Positions 63,980 to 64,000 of a stretch of DNA of 64,000 nt are shown here, in pieces. Made by a program: the position numbers and the translations under genes. The first letter of the stretch is position 1; each line of letters starts with the position of its first letter. The notes below the pieces were generated by a model. The model made no database searches. It was not told the origin of the DNA and saw nothing but the letters and a program-made list of their open reading frames with translations. This DNA is from Candidatus Saccharimonadota bacterium. Its GTDB lineage: Bacteria > Patescibacteriota > Saccharimonadia > Saccharimonadales > JACDBH01. Location: positions 139,219 to 203,218 of the forward strand of contig JAQGGW010000005.1 of the NCBI GenBank assembly GCA_028289135.1, in the 5' to 3' direction.

Positions 63980-64000
63980 TGCTCGGTACGCCGCCTTAGC

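Noticed and set aside
1-64000. CRISPR arrays, IS elements or transposases, prophage genes, rRNA operons
   Set aside because: I saw no regularly spaced direct repeats and no transposase, integrase or reverse-transcriptase motifs in any ORF. I also saw no rRNA-like conserved strings.
1-64000. Alternative genetic code (UGA reassignment, as in some CPR lineages)
   Set aside because: All conserved genes (r-proteins, RpoB/C, EF-G/Tu, aaRSs) read full-length with the standard code. Several end in TGA at the expected C-terminus.

Overview
This 64-kb window is gene-dense and almost entirely plus-strand. Its content resembles a reduced Patescibacteria/CPR (Saccharibacteria-like) genome. That placement is an inference from four traits: no L30 gene between rpsE and rplO, MurT/GatD plus a FemAB-type wall gene, a GH57/GH15 alpha-glucan cluster, and many A/K/P-rich r-protein tails. 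Gene order: tyrS, murT-gatD, recG, rsmD, tRNA-Leu(UAG), glycosyltransferase/GH57/GH15, hisG-like/hisD/hisI/hisS, tig, clpP, rpoB-rpoC, the str, S10, spc and alpha r-protein operons through rpsI, an AlaX-like editing protein, trpS, rluD-like, holB, a TPR protein and a FemAB-like protein. Four things stand out. (1) Seven junctions of the normally contiguous rpsL..rpsS supercluster hold 17 unrecognisable ORFs. These include single, translationally coupled micro-ORFs between rpsL|rpsG, rplW|rplB and rplB|rpsS; one of them is flanked by a 12-nt duplication of the rplB start. rpsJ is stranded as its own promoter-to-terminator unit, 3.3 kb from rplC. (2) Four short leader ORFs are each followed by mutually exclusive antiterminator/terminator hairpins. 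Three of the four sit 8-9 nt after a -10 box (leaderless). Candidate sensing codons (His, Trp, Trp, Phe-Phe) fall at codons 10-12, 18-19 nt before the antiterminator arm, and two of the modules sit upstream of hisS and trpS. (3) A dispersed family of whole-spacer imperfect palindromes (109-165 nt) fills several intergenic regions; the arms covary and two copies share a 13-nt core. (4) A ~350-nt ORF-free locus on the minus strand has its own promoter, a strong terminator and paired ends. No CRISPR array, rRNA gene or transposase gene was seen.
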